Shown one piece after another: positions 18,858-28,612 of a stretch of DNA of 64,000 nt. The stretch is from a virus. The stretch covers positions 64,001 through 128,000 of the IMG/VR virus record IMGVR_UViG_3300037137_001027. One strand, written 5' to 3'. Both the position numbers and the translations under genes were made by a program. The notes under the pieces were generated by a model that saw nothing but the letters and a program-made list of their open reading frames with translations, was not told where the DNA came from and did no database searches. The first letter of the stretch is position 1; each line of letters begins with the position of its first letter.

Positions 18858-19100
18858 ATGAAATCGACCGAGAGTTCTATACCGAACACGGTGGCGAGGG
18901 CTAACATGGGCGGCAACATGGTTCGGCCCGATCTGGAAATGGTCCACAACGAAATGGGCTATTTCTACTATCAGGGCAAAGTCTACAACGTGGTCCGTCT
19001 CGCAAGCGGTTGGGAATTGCAACGCGGTTCCGAATCGCTTTATGCGGGCGAAAGCGTGGACGATTGTTCCACCTGGCTCATGGCGCAACTGACCTACTAA
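18858..19100 (+). CDS. hypothetical protein
   Basis: ORF followed by a hairpin. Confidence 0.65.
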   Translation: MKSTESSIPNTVARANMGGNMVRPDLEMVHNEMGYFYYQGKVYNVVRLASGWELQRGSESLYAGESVDDCSTWLMAQLTY

Positions 19101-19191
19101 GGGGCAGGGCAACGGGATATAAACCGTTGCCTTGTTTTCTCCATCGTATCCTAATTGAAGTTGTACTAATTGGGGTAAGGAGAACCAAACA

Positions 19192-19380
19192 ATGTCACTG
19201 CTCAATCTGTCAACGCCAGTACGTTCGGAACGTGTCCGCGACTTCCAACCGCCTTGGCGAACCATCTTCGTCTACAAGTGCGGCACCTGCCAAAAGGAAA
19301 CCAAGGTACGCGCCAATTCTTTCCGTGGCAAAAGCGCCACGCCTGGCATTGGCGCAATCGTCTGCCCGCATTGTAAGTAA
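19192..19380 (+). CDS. zinc-ribbon protein
   Basis: CGTC...CPHC. Confidence 0.75.
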   Translation: MSLLNLSTPVRSERVRDFQPPWRTIFVYKCGTCQKETKVRANSFRGKSATPGIGAIVCPHCK

Positions 19381-19504
19381 ACCACGTTTTTCCGAGTGGG
19401 CGTCGGAAACCGTCTTGCTCCGAACGGGCGTCGGAGCTTCTTCATCTTCCCCTGTAATTGGGGTTGTACTAATTAGGACATAACCCCAAACCCTGGAGAG
19501 TATC

Positions 19505-19864
19505 ATGGACCTGCACGAACGTATCAAGCTGTTTGTGACGACTGCCGACGAAGTGACCGCCAAGTATTGGCAGGAACAAGGTTTCACCTTCAGCCCACCG
19601 CCAAAGCATCGCGCCGACTTCATTTCCGACAAGTGGGCGCGAGTTGTCACCGTGGAAGACCGCAACGGGCAACCCAACGATTCCAGCGTGTTCGCCTTCA
19701 TCTGCCTGCAAGACGGCGCAACCAAAGCGCTCGGCACGCTCAAAACGGGCGACATTCACAAAGCCGCCAGCTTCAAAGCGCCCGCCAAGCACGCTCGCGG
19801 TAACGTGCTGAATGAGCTTTTCGCCAACTGCATCACGCCGCACGGTATCATCTACCTGAAATAA
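19505..19864 (+). CDS. conserved-looking phage hypothetical protein
   Basis: SVFAFI...GDIHKAASFKAPAKHARGNV. Confidence 0.8.
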   Translation: MDLHERIKLFVTTADEVTAKYWQEQGFTFSPPPKHRADFISDKWARVVTVEDRNGQPNDSSVFAFICLQDGATKALGTLKTGDIHKAASFKAPAKHARGNVLNELFANCITPHGIIYLK

Positions 19865-19948
19865 CCGCAAAGGGAGCGCCCACTCCCCTAATCATCCCTT
19901 AATTGAGGTTGTACTAATCAGGGTGTAACCCTAACCCTGGAGAAACCC

Positions 19949-20254
19949 ATGAAACGCAAAATGAGTTCGCTGGTGCTTGTTGGACGCCGCTGGTTTGGTC
20001 GGACCAACGGCAACACCTACCATAGTTGCGAAATCATTGTGGACGGCAATTGCGTCCATAAAATCGACTACGCCTATGGCTACGGTCGGCAGTACGAAGA
20101 CAACGCGAAAATCTGGCTTGACCAGAACGGCTATCTCCCTGGACGGGAGAAACGCGACGGAACGCCAGGCGAGTCGCTTTGGCTGTACTGTGAGCGGTAC
20201 AGTATCATCTACACGAACACCGTTACCGACGTGGAAAGGAAGAAAGACCTCTAA
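19949..20254 (+). CDS. hypothetical protein
   Basis: Full cassette: motif, leader, ORF, hairpin. Confidence 0.8.
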   Translation: MKRKMSSLVLVGRRWFGRTNGNTYHSCEIIVDGNCVHKIDYAYGYGRQYEDNAKIWLDQNGYLPGREKRDGTPGESLWLYCERYSIIYTNTVTDVERKKDL

Positions 20255-20321
20255 GGGAAGGGAGCGCCCACTCCCTAATAATCCTCTAATTGAGGTTGTA
20301 CTAATCCAGGCAGGAGGGAAC

Positions 20322-20487
20322 AATGACACTGGAAAAGCGAGTCGCTGAAATCCGCCGCAAGCGGACCCTGCAAAACCGCCTGAGCAAGCTGCGGCTCCGC
20401 TACTTTGACCACGAAGACGCGGGCAAAGGCGACAAACATGAGCGCCTTGCCCGCCGTCTGATGAAGGCAATCATCAGCATACAATAG
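20322..20487 (+). CDS. basic hypothetical protein (about 54 aa; start approximate)
   Basis: AGGAGG RBS, MTLEKRVAEIRRK; stop overlaps the motif. Confidence 0.65.
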
Positions 20488-20520
20488 CGGTTGTACTGAT
20501 TGGAGTAAGGAGGGACAATC

Positions 20521-20691
20521 ATGTGTCGATGGTGTCATAAACCGTGCGGCGAACGCGAATTTTGTGATGAGGTTTGCTTCGAGCTTCACGCCGAAGCGTG
20601 GGAAGAGTATCAGCGCTGGAGCGCTGCCCTTCCCGACGAACCCGACCCGCCGCAAAATGAATGGTGCGGCAGCAAGGGCAACAACTTTTAG
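20521..20691 (+). CDS. small Cys-rich protein (56 aa)
   Basis: AAGGAGG RBS, MCRWCHKPC. Confidence 0.7.
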   Translation: MCRWCHKPCGEREFCDEVCFELHAEAWEEYQRWSAALPDEPDPPQNEWCGSKGNNF

Positions 20692-20792
20692 CTCCAGGGG
20701 AAGCGGGGGGACAGCCAAACCCCCGCCTTTTCTATTTCCCTGTAATTAAGGTTGTACTAATTAAGATATAACCCAAACCCTGGAGGTCCAAA

Positions 20793-20969
20793 ATGGACGA
20801 ACGCGATGAACTGCTGAATGACATGTGGAAGAACTGGAAGCCCTACAACAAGGCCGATAACGACAAGTGGCGCAGCTACGTTGTCTCCCAAAACGAGGCC
20901 AGCTTGCTCGAAACGGAAGCCGACTGCATTACCATCGTCCAAGGTGCGGATGGCCTGTACGTCCAGTAA
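20793..20969 (+). CDS. hypothetical protein (58 aa)
   Basis: Full cassette. Confidence 0.72.
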   Translation: MDERDELLNDMWKNWKPYNKADNDKWRSYVVSQNEASLLETEADCITIVQGADGLYVQ

Positions 20970-21048
20970 CACAAGGGAGCGCCCACTCCCATTATGTCCT
21001 AATTGGGGTTGTACTAATTGGGGCATAACCCTAACCCTGGAGGCTACG

Positions 21049-21537
21049 ATGCAATTCAGTGTCATTTACTCATTCGACGTTCCCGCCGATTTGTCCGTCA
21101 ACCAGTACAAGCCCCCCAAGTGGCGGCGCTGGGATTTGACGGAATGCGGCACCAGCGAAAACGATGACGGTGGCAAACACCGCAAGTATTGCGCCTTGCT
21201 CACGCAAGAGCAATTCGATGACTTCGTTGCCCATTGCGACCTGTACGCCGAACGCTGCCGCACAATGGGCAGTTTGGGAGCGCCTGGTTTCGGGTTCGGT
21301 TGGTCCCCCGCCGTGTCCTTCTGTAGTGACAACGGTATTTATGCAAACGCCTATGTGACGCCAGTAGGCAGCAAAGCGGAAATTGTCCAGTTTCTCCGCG
21401 AGCATGACCAGCTTGTGCCGCAAATTTTGCTGGATAGCGACAATCAGCAATACCTTTTCGACGGTATCGAAGAGGATGAAGGCCCGCAAGTATGGGATGC
21501 GCTCGAATCCCTGATGTGGGACAAATACGCGGCCTAA
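21049..21537 (+). CDS. hypothetical protein (ends KYAA)
   Basis: Full cassette; start MQFSV. Confidence 0.8.
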   Translation: MQFSVIYSFDVPADLSVNQYKPPKWRRWDLTECGTSENDDGGKHRKYCALLTQEQFDDFVAHCDLYAERCRTMGSLGAPGFGFGWSPAVSFCSDNGIYANAYVTPVGSKAEIVQFLREHDQLVPQILLDSDNQQYLFDGIEEDEGPQVWDALESLMWDKYAA

Positions 21538-21621
21538 AGGGATAGGGAGCGCCCACTCCCTAATTATCCCCTAATTGGGGTTGTACTAATTGGTGTATAA
21601 CCCTAACCCTGGAGGACTGCA

Positions 21622-21912
21622 ATGTACGCTCAGAACAAGTCCGTGCTGAAGATCGCCGCTGTCAACCCCGCACTGGCCGATAAGATCGCCAAACAGGGAA
21701 CCTTCCTCAGCGAAATGGACATCAACGAAGTCCACAAAATCGACCGCATGATGCTGGTGCTGGTCCGTTGCGGCAACGGGCGCTTTCTCTGCCCCGTCCA
21801 AGACGTGCAGCACTTCATCAACATCATCGAGGAACACGCCAAACTCAAGGAAGAGAAAGAGAAAAAGCCGTTCCAGGGCGACCACATCCGCGACGTGTCT
21901 TTCCCCGCCTAG
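21622..21912 (+). CDS. hypothetical protein
   Basis: Full cassette. Confidence 0.8.
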   Translation: MYAQNKSVLKIAAVNPALADKIAKQGTFLSEMDINEVHKIDRMMLVLVRCGNGRFLCPVQDVQHFINIIEEHAKLKEEKEKKPFQGDHIRDVSFPA

Positions 21913-21993
21913 CAGTAGGGAGCGCCCACTCCCTAATTATCCCCTAATTGGGGTTGTACTAATTGGTGTATAACCCTAACCCTGGAGACTGCA

Positions 21994-22482
21994 ATGAAGA
22001 CTCTCACGCTGGAAACGTTCCGCACCCAACTGCTGCAATGGCGTGGCGCTGCAATTGTGACGATTCACGCTGAGACGGTTCCCGATATGCGGAAGACGGA
22101 CAATCCGTATTTCGATAACCTTGTCAAGCGGAGCGCCGTCAATGGCGTCATCAATTGGGTTTACGAAAGCGCCGTCAATCGCCAGCGCGTGCGGGAAGAC
22201 TTGACGCCCGACTTCAGCGCTTTCCCCCGCAAGTGGGGCCAGCGCATCAATGGCACGCCCCTTGTGGAACATAAGGGGAACTATTACCTCGAAATGAAGG
22301 TGCAAAGCGCCTCGGCGCTTTACTTCGTCGGCACCAAAGAGGTAAGCCACAATGACGTTAGCGATTGGCTCCGTCCACCGTCCAAGCACCGTCAAGGCGT
22401 TTCCCGCGAGGTTATCTTGCGGGATTATGCTCTTGAAAATATCACTTGCTTCGTCTACGGCGAAGCCTACGCAATCCAGTAA
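21994..22482 (+). CDS. hypothetical protein
   Basis: Full cassette. Confidence 0.82.
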   Translation: MKTLTLETFRTQLLQWRGAAIVTIHAETVPDMRKTDNPYFDNLVKRSAVNGVINWVYESAVNRQRVREDLTPDFSAFPRKWGQRINGTPLVEHKGNYYLEMKVQSASALYFVGTKEVSHNDVSDWLRPPSKHRQGVSREVILRDYALENITCFVYGEAYAIQ

Positions 22483-22564
22483 GGGACGGGGAGCGCCCAC
22501 TCCCTAATCATCCTCTAATTGAGGTTGTACTAATTGGGGTATAACCCTAACCCTGGAGGCCGCG

Positions 22565-22726
22565 ATGGATGTGAAGCTGACCGCTGCTGAGGTGAAGGCT
22601 GGAGCGATGGACAACTACGATCCCGCCCGCTACGATGCGCAGTTTCATTCCGATGGCAGTGTCACCTTGATTCCGCTGCTATGGTGGGATGATGCGAGCT
22701 ACGCACGTTATCAGAGCGCCGAGTAA
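22565..22726 (+). CDS. hypothetical protein (53 aa)
   Basis: Full cassette. Confidence 0.7.
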   Translation: MDVKLTAAEVKAGAMDNYDPARYDAQFHSDGSVTLIPLLWWDDASYARYQSAE

Positions 22727-22817
22727 AGGGAAGGGAGCGCCCACTCCCTAATCATCCTCTAATTGAGGTTGTACTAATTGGGTTGTAGCGACGATCACCC
22801 CTTACTGGAGAAACGCG

Positions 22818-23060
22818 ATGATTACCAAGGAATTCGCGGCTGGCTTGCACAAGGGCAAGACTCTGTATCACGCCACTGCCACGAACGCGGACGGCACGGC
22901 CAAAAGGTGCCGAATCAACGGCAAGCTGAAGATGTGGGTAACACGGCCCAATGAGTTCCGTATCCCCGTCAAACATGGCTTGTGGGATTGCTTCTATATC
23001 ACCCAAGACAACGCCAAGGAATGGCTCACCTACGACCGCACCGAACAAAAGGCCGCATAG
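22818..23060 (+). CDS. hypothetical protein (ends QKAA)
   Basis: Full cassette. Confidence 0.8.
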   Translation: MITKEFAAGLHKGKTLYHATATNADGTAKRCRINGKLKMWVTRPNEFRIPVKHGLWDCFYITQDNAKEWLTYDRTEQKAA

Positions 23061-23154
23061 TTAGGGGTGGGCAGGGGACCGCAAACCCTGCCTTTTTTTA
23101 TCCTCTAATTAAGGTTGTACTAATTGTGGTATAACCCTAACCCTGGAGGCGACA

Positions 23155-23373
23155 ATGATCTGGTGCATCACCGCGACGATTGAAAAGAAAACGAAAGACG
23201 GCGTGCAGACGAGTCAAATTCCCACGTTCTTCCTCGATGGCCGCGTGCAAGGTATCATGAACGAGGGACACGCGAAGTTCATCGGCGCTGAAATTATCAA
23301 CCCCATGCGGCTGAAAAATATCACGCTGCATGTGAGCGCCATCGCCGCTGACCGCGAAGTATGGGCAGCGTAA
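23155..23373 (+). CDS. hypothetical protein (ends VWAA)
   Basis: Full cassette. Confidence 0.8.
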   Translation: MIWCITATIEKKTKDGVQTSQIPTFFLDGRVQGIMNEGHAKFIGAEIINPMRLKNITLHVSAIAADREVWAA

Positions 23374-23450
23374 AGGGAAGGGAGCGCCCACTCCCATTAT
23401 ACCCTAATTGGGGTTGTACTAATTGGTGTATAACCCTAACGGAGAAAGCT

Positions 23451-23627
23451 ATGAAGATCATCGCAGCGTATCACAAGGACAGTCGCAAGAATTTGACCCC
23501 CGAACAAATCCAGGCCGATATGCCTGCCCTGGAGAAAGAACACAAGAAAGCGCTGGCAGCAGAAGCAACGTGGCAATTCTTCGGCGGCATCATCGTCATC
23601 GGGGAACACGAATACCAAGTCTGCTAA
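23451..23627 (+). CDS. hypothetical protein
   Basis: Full cassette. Confidence 0.72.
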   Translation: MKIIAAYHKDSRKNLTPEQIQADMPALEKEHKKALAAEATWQFFGGIIVIGEHEYQVC

Positions 23628-23706
23628 GGGAAGGGAGCGCCCACTCCCATTATACCCTAATTGGGGTTGTACTAATTGGTGTATAACCCTAACACTGGAG
23701 GCTGTC

Positions 23707-23913
23707 ATGCGGTTTGAAGTGTGCATCAAGTACGGCAATCGCTGGAGCTACAAGGGCATTTACAGCGCTAACACATCACGCGCTGCTGCCCTGGACGCAA
23801 GCTATTCGTGGAACCGCAAGGTTATCCGCGTGCGGCCCGAAGATAGCCGCGACAAGTGGCTTGTGTATCGCTTCCAGTACGTCGGCACGCTAACCTCGTC
23901 CAGCGGAGTCTAA
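23707..23913 (+). CDS. hypothetical protein
   Basis: Full cassette. Confidence 0.78.
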   Translation: MRFEVCIKYGNRWSYKGIYSANTSRAAALDASYSWNRKVIRVRPEDSRDKWLVYRFQYVGTLTSSSGV

Positions 23914-23998
23914 GGGGAAGGGAGCGCCCACTCCCTAATCATCCCTTAATTGAGGTTGTACTAAATCAGGTGTAGCAACAACCCCAACGGAGAAAGCC

Positions 23999-24184
23999 AT
24001 GACTCGGAAAGATTACGAATTGTTCGCCAAGATGCTGCGGGAAGTCCCCAGCGCGGCCAAGCGGCTCGACTTCGCGGCGGAACTGGTCAAGGTGTTCGCT
24101 GCCGATAACGAACGCTTCAACGAGGCGACGTTCCGCAATGCGGCGGATTGCAAGGTATCAAGGAAGGGGGAATACGCCAGCTAG
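23999..24184 (+). CDS. hypothetical protein
   Basis: MTRKDYELFA...DNERFN; full cassette. Confidence 0.78.
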   Translation: MTRKDYELFAKMLREVPSAAKRLDFAAELVKVFAADNERFNEATFRNAADCKVSRKGEYAS

Positions 24185-24271
24185 GGCAAGGGAGCGCCCA
24201 CTCCCATTATCCCCTAATTGGGGTTGTACTAAATCAGGTGTAGCGAACATCACCCCTTTCTGGAGGCTACC

Positions 24272-24478
24272 ATGATCGTCTGTGACACGCCTGACAAAAT
24301 CGAAGCGTTTCGTCTGCTGGCGCTTCGTGGCGCTCTCAAGCTCGAATGCAAGGGCTTGCGGCGCAAGGGCCAATCGGTCGCCACTCTCGTCAAGCGGGAA
24401 TTCTCCCTGCGTGGCACCAATCAGCAAGTATTGGACCAATTCGAGGCTCTTTTGCAGGAAAGGTGGATTCTTGTCTAA
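24272..24478 (+). CDS. hypothetical protein
   Basis: Full cassette. Confidence 0.78.
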   Translation: MIVCDTPDKIEAFRLLALRGALKLECKGLRRKGQSVATLVKREFSLRGTNQQVLDQFEALLQERWILV

Positions 24479-24567
24479 GGGAAACGGGGAGGGACCGCTA
24501 ACCTCCCCAATCATCCCTTAATTAAGGTTGTACTAATTGGTGTATAACCTAACCCCTGGAGGCTGTC

Positions 24568-24828
24568 ATGAAAATCGTATCTATGTTCCAGACCTGTGAC
24601 GGCAAGACGTTCACGGACAAGAACGAGGCTCAACGCCATGAAAACGAGCATGAGGCGCTCGCCAAACTTCGCAGCTTACTGAATTCCGCAATTCAGTCGG
24701 AACTGACGCGGCGCGGCAACATCGACAACATCCTCCACAGTATCCTGATGGAGAGCGCGGAAGTCCGCAACATCCTCATCACCTACAACAAGAAGATGCC
24801 AAAGGAAGCGGCAAAGGTCGCCGCATAG
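24568..24828 (+). CDS. hypothetical protein (ends KVAA)
   Basis: FQTCDGKTF; full cassette. Confidence 0.8.
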   Translation: MKIVSMFQTCDGKTFTDKNEAQRHENEHEALAKLRSLLNSAIQSELTRRGNIDNILHSILMESAEVRNILITYNKKMPKEAAKVAA

Positions 24829-24916
24829 GGCAAGGGAGCGCCCACTCCCATTATCCCCTAATTGGGGTTGTACTAAATCAGGTGTAGCGAACATCACCCC
24901 TTTCTGGAGAAGTGCC

Positions 24917-25231
24917 ATGACGAATCGCATCACTGCTGCCGTTGCCCGCATGGAAAAGCAAATTGCTGACCGTATCGCCAAGGGCTTGACAACGCAAGCC
25001 AAAGTCGATGCGCTGCACGCGCATCTCGACCTCGACATTCTGGAACACGCCAAGTTTCAGGAATACAAGTCGCTGGCCTACACCGAGGGCAAACTGACCC
25101 TCGATGAATCGCAGTCGCTGTACAACTTGCTGGGCAATACCGCCAGCACGTTCAACCGCCAACCCATCGCCGTCAAGTCCGTTCTCACCTCGCTGTTCGC
25201 GGAACTGCTCAAGATGCGCATGGCAAGCTAA
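24917..25231 (+). CDS. hypothetical protein
   Basis: Full cassette. Confidence 0.8.
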   Translation: MTNRITAAVARMEKQIADRIAKGLTTQAKVDALHAHLDLDILEHAKFQEYKSLAYTEGKLTLDESQSLYNLLGNTASTFNRQPIAVKSVLTSLFAELLKMRMAS

Positions 25232-25328
25232 GGGGAAGGGCAGGGGAACGCCAACCCTGCCCCTTTTATCCTCTAATTGAGGTTGTACTAATCTAGGTGT
25301 AGCGAGAACTCCTTACTGGAGAAACGCG

Positions 25329-25586
25329 ATGATCGCTGAATACGCGCTGGACAATCTGCTGGTTGGCCAAAAGGACCGCATCCTTGGCCTCTGCAATGCG
25401 GAGAAGTATGAGGAGGCGCTCTTGCTGCTCGACTTCACGGAGGAGATGTGGGCGGCTTGTCAGTACGCTTACAAAACGCGGGAAATACGCGACCGCATCC
25501 GCCGCGACCTAAACGAAAACGTCTGGAATGCGGAACACTGGAAACAGAAAGAGAAGTGGCAAAAGTTGCTCGTTACGGTGCCGTAA
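25329..25586 (+). CDS. hypothetical protein
   Basis: Full cassette. Confidence 0.78.
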   Translation: MIAEYALDNLLVGQKDRILGLCNAEKYEEALLLLDFTEEMWAACQYAYKTREIRDRIRRDLNENVWNAEHWKQKEKWQKLLVTVP

Positions 25587-25673
25587 AGGGAAGGGAGCGC
25601 CCACTCCCTAATTAACCTCTAATTGAGGTTGTACTAATTACAGTGTAGCGACAACCCCAACTGGAGAAGTGCC

Positions 25674-25865
25674 ATGATGAATCATCTCTACGGTGAGAAG
25701 CTGGTTGACGGCAAGACGGTCACGCTGGATCACGCGGTACAGGAATTCACCGTCGTCATTCGTTCGTGCAGCGGGATTCACCCGCAAACGCTGAAAGACC
25801 TCATCGAGCGCAAGTTCGAGGTCGTCAGCATCAAGGCGGGCGAAAGCAAAGAGTACGTCAGCTAA
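25674..25865 (+). CDS. hypothetical protein
   Basis: Full cassette. Confidence 0.75.
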   Translation: MMNHLYGEKLVDGKTVTLDHAVQEFTVVIRSCSGIHPQTLKDLIERKFEVVSIKAGESKEYVS

Positions 25866-25941
25866 AGGGAGCGCCCACTCCCATTATACCCTAATTGGGG
25901 TTGTACTAATTGGAGTATAACCCTAACCCCTGGAGGCAATC

Positions 25942-26199
25942 ATGGCGACTCGATTCATCATCAAGACGGACAATCCCGAAGGCATTCCCAGCACTTGGGA
26001 AATGAGCGATTTCGAGATGAAGCACGGCTTGAACGTCAACGAGGTGGACAAGCTGTATGTGACGTTCAAGGTGAAGAAGCGCCGCAAGATCAAACGGCTG
26101 CGCATCAACGTGAAAGTGCATCCTTGCGAGTTATGCGGTTCGCACGCATACGCAAGCGGCAGCGTCGGCAGCAAGGAATTCGACAAGGAACTTTACTAA
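25942..26199 (+). CDS. hypothetical protein
   Basis: Full cassette; CELCGSH. Confidence 0.78.
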   Translation: MATRFIIKTDNPEGIPSTWEMSDFEMKHGLNVNEVDKLYVTFKVKKRRKIKRLRINVKVHPCELCGSHAYASGSVGSKEFDKELY

Positions 26200-26287
26200 G
26201 GGGAGGGCAGGGGAATGCAAACCCTGCCAATCATCCTCTAATTAAGGTTGTACTAATTGTGGTATAACCCTAACACTGGAGGCGGTC

Positions 26288-26476
26288 ATGAAGGTTTGCG
26301 AGCGATGCGGCTGCGAGATTGCCACGAAGGACGGGGACAACCTTTGCCGCGATTGCGACGAAGGCAAGAAGAAGCGGGACAAGCGGAATGCGTCCCGCAA
26401 AGCCCGCGAGGATGCGCTCCGCTCCATTGGTCTGGTCAAAGTCAAGGGCGCTCTTGGTGGAACGTATTGGGAATAA
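26288..26476 (+). CDS. zinc-finger protein
   Basis: CERC...CRDC. Confidence 0.78.
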   Translation: MKVCERCGCEIATKDGDNLCRDCDEGKKKRDKRNASRKAREDALRSIGLVKVKGALGGTYWE

Positions 26477-26570
26477 GGGTAGGGGAGGACCGCAAACTCC
26501 CTAATTAACCTCTAATTGAGGTTGTACTAAATCAGGTGTAGCGAACATCACCCCTTTCTGGAGAAGTGCC

Positions 26571-26846
26571 ATGAAGCTGCAAAACGTCACCGTCGTCATC
26601 CTGGCCCGCGTCGAGAACAACGGCCTCAAGGTGGCCAGCGTCATCGACAATCCCGAAGTGCCGTCCAGCGGCGGCAAGCCCGTCATCGGCCCGCTGATGC
26701 GGCGGCTCATGTCGGTCAAGGAGGTCGTCGCGCGGACGGGACTGAGCAAGGGCAAGGCCGCTGATGCGCGGCGGCTCAACCCAATGACCTACCTGGCCGA
26801 CTTCGAGGGGCAATCGCCACTGGCGTTGTCGCTCCAGGCCGCGTAA
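26571..26846 (+). CDS. hypothetical protein (ends LQAA)
   Basis: Full cassette. Confidence 0.78.
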   Translation: MKLQNVTVVILARVENNGLKVASVIDNPEVPSSGGKPVIGPLMRRLMSVKEVVARTGLSKGKAADARRLNPMTYLADFEGQSPLALSLQAA

Positions 26847-26992
26847 CAATAAGGCGGTCGCTGCGGCAAGGTCGATCAGTCCACCCGTGGGACCGCAGGG
26901 CAGGGGGGGAACCCCTGCCTTTTTTGTTATCATCCCGTAATTAAGGTTGTACTAATTTGTGTGTAGCCAACAACCCCTTACGGAGAACTGCG

Positions 26993-27193
26993 ATGCGACA
27001 CTACATCAGTCGGCAGAAGGCGCAGAGCTACGGCGGATTCATCTACTACCAGTGCAAGCGCGGCAAGTACATGCTGGTGAACTACCACGGCGAAACGATG
27101 TGGATGGGATACGTCCAGCCCCACGGCTTCTACGTCGTTCCCTTCGACCACGCCAGGGGCCAGAGCGAACAACTCAAAGACATGGTAGCATAA
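26993..27193 (+). CDS. hypothetical protein
   Basis: Full cassette. Confidence 0.75.
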   Translation: MRHYISRQKAQSYGGFIYYQCKRGKYMLVNYHGETMWMGYVQPHGFYVVPFDHARGQSEQLKDMVA

Positions 27194-27300
27194 CGTTAGG
27201 GGTGAGGCAGGGGACCGCAACCCTGCCTTTTTTCAATCATCCTCTAATTGAGGTTGTACTAATCTAGGTGTAGCGAACATCACCCCTTTCTGGAGCAATC

Positions 27301-27573
27301 ATGCTGACCAACACTTGCAAGCCCCGCTTTGCTACGCTGAATCTCACGATGGAACAGCGGTTGCAGCGCTGTGCCACGCCCATGACCAAGTTCACCCTGT
27401 TCAACGCACTAACGGGCCGCGCCATCAAGGGCGGCAGCACCATCAGCATCAACGGGATTCCGTGCATTCTCTCCAGCATTCAGAGAGAGGACGGAAGCGG
27501 CAGCAGCTTCAACCTCATCGTCTACGGCCCCGACAACCAGCCATACAAATGCTACTGCCGCACAACGGACTAA
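27301..27573 (+). CDS. hypothetical protein
   Basis: SIQREDGSGSSFN; full cassette. Confidence 0.78.
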   Translation: MLTNTCKPRFATLNLTMEQRLQRCATPMTKFTLFNALTGRAIKGGSTISINGIPCILSSIQREDGSGSSFNLIVYGPDNQPYKCYCRTTD

Positions 27574-27643
27574 GGGGAAGGGAGCGCCCACTCCCATTTA
27601 CAAGATCATTGCGGTTGTACTAAATAGAGTAAGGAGGACAATC

Positions 27644-27829
27644 ATGCACCAGACAACCGCAATCCGCCGCAACGACAAGGGCTTTATCATCAAGCTCGGT
27701 CCCGCGCCCGAACGCGGCAACCTGTTCCGCATTGCGGATCAGATCGGTATGGCCGCTGCTACTGACAAGCGCCAGCATCGCCGCCGTACCAAGGCCGCAC
27801 GCAAGGCCCGCCGCTGGAAAGCGGAGTAA
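27644..27829 (+). CDS. small basic protein
   Basis: AAGGAGG RBS; Arg-rich C-terminus. Confidence 0.72.
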   Translation: MHQTTAIRRNDKGFIIKLGPAPERGNLFRIADQIGMAAATDKRQHRRRTKAARKARRWKAE

Positions 27830-27922
27830 CAACAAGGGAGCGCCCACTCCCTAATGAGCCTCTAATTGAGGTTGTACTGATCGAGGTGTAGGACGAGTCA
27901 ACCCCTTTCAAGGAGCCATCGC

Positions 27923-28168
27923 ATGAACGCTCTGGTACAGGTCGGCGTCGGTGAGGTCATCGCGTCCCGCAAGCTGACTGGTGGCGGCATCCTGGTGCAG
28001 CGGCTTTGCTGCTCTTGCAAGCACGCTTTCTGGTCGGCCTACAACGAACACAAGAGCGCGTGTGCCGATTGCGACCCGCCCGCCAAGCGGCCCGAATCGC
28101 GGGGTATCGGTCGCAACCTCGACCGCAAGGCGAGCGACCGCCAATATCACGGTAGCAACGTGGAGTAA
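27923..28168 (+). CDS. zinc-ribbon protein
   Basis: CCSC...CADC. Confidence 0.75.
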   Translation: MNALVQVGVGEVIASRKLTGGGILVQRLCCSCKHAFWSAYNEHKSACADCDPPAKRPESRGIGRNLDRKASDRQYHGSNVE

Positions 28169-28275
28169 CGCGGGGAAGGGCAGGGACCACAACCCTGCCT
28201 TTTCCTAATGAACCTCTAATTGAGGTTGTACTAATCAGGGTGTAGGACGAGTCAACCCTTAACCTGGAGACGACG

Positions 28276-28500
28276 ATGCACGATCACGGTTACACTCCCC
28301 CGCTCCCGTCCACCCGCGACGAACTGATCCGCGACACGAAGGCCGCGCTGAAGATGCTGAAGATGCTCCGCGACTTCGGCGTTGACCTCCGCGACAAGAA
28401 GATCATGGCGATCAAGCACCTCCGCACGCAGACGGGCCTCGGCCTCCGCGAAGCGAAGGAAGCCGTCGAGTTCGGCATGGAGTTGCTGGACGCAGCGTAA
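28276..28500 (+). CDS. ribosomal protein bL12 (L7/L12) C-terminal-domain-like protein
   Basis: KKIMAIKHLRTQTGLGLREAKEAVE matches the L7/L12 CTD signature KI.xIK.VR..TGLGLKEAK..VE. Confidence 0.75.
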   Translation: MHDHGYTPPLPSTRDELIRDTKAALKMLKMLRDFGVDLRDKKIMAIKHLRTQTGLGLREAKEAVEFGMELLDAA

Positions 28501-28612
28501 CACGTTAGGGGAGGGGCAGGGGAACGCCACCCTGCCCTTTTTATCATTACAGTATCATTGAGGTTGTACTAATTGGGGTGTAGGACGAGTCAACCCCTTG
28601 CGGAGAACTGCG

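Noticed and set aside
21572-21605. Sigma70 promoter formed by TTGRGG and TATAAC
   Set aside because: The spacer is 15 nt, TATAAC exists in only one leader family, and it overlaps the inferred +1.
18181-26275. TAACCCTAACCC as telomeric repeats
   Set aside because: Only two units each, always between the predicted +1 and GGAG, so it is a 5' leader family.
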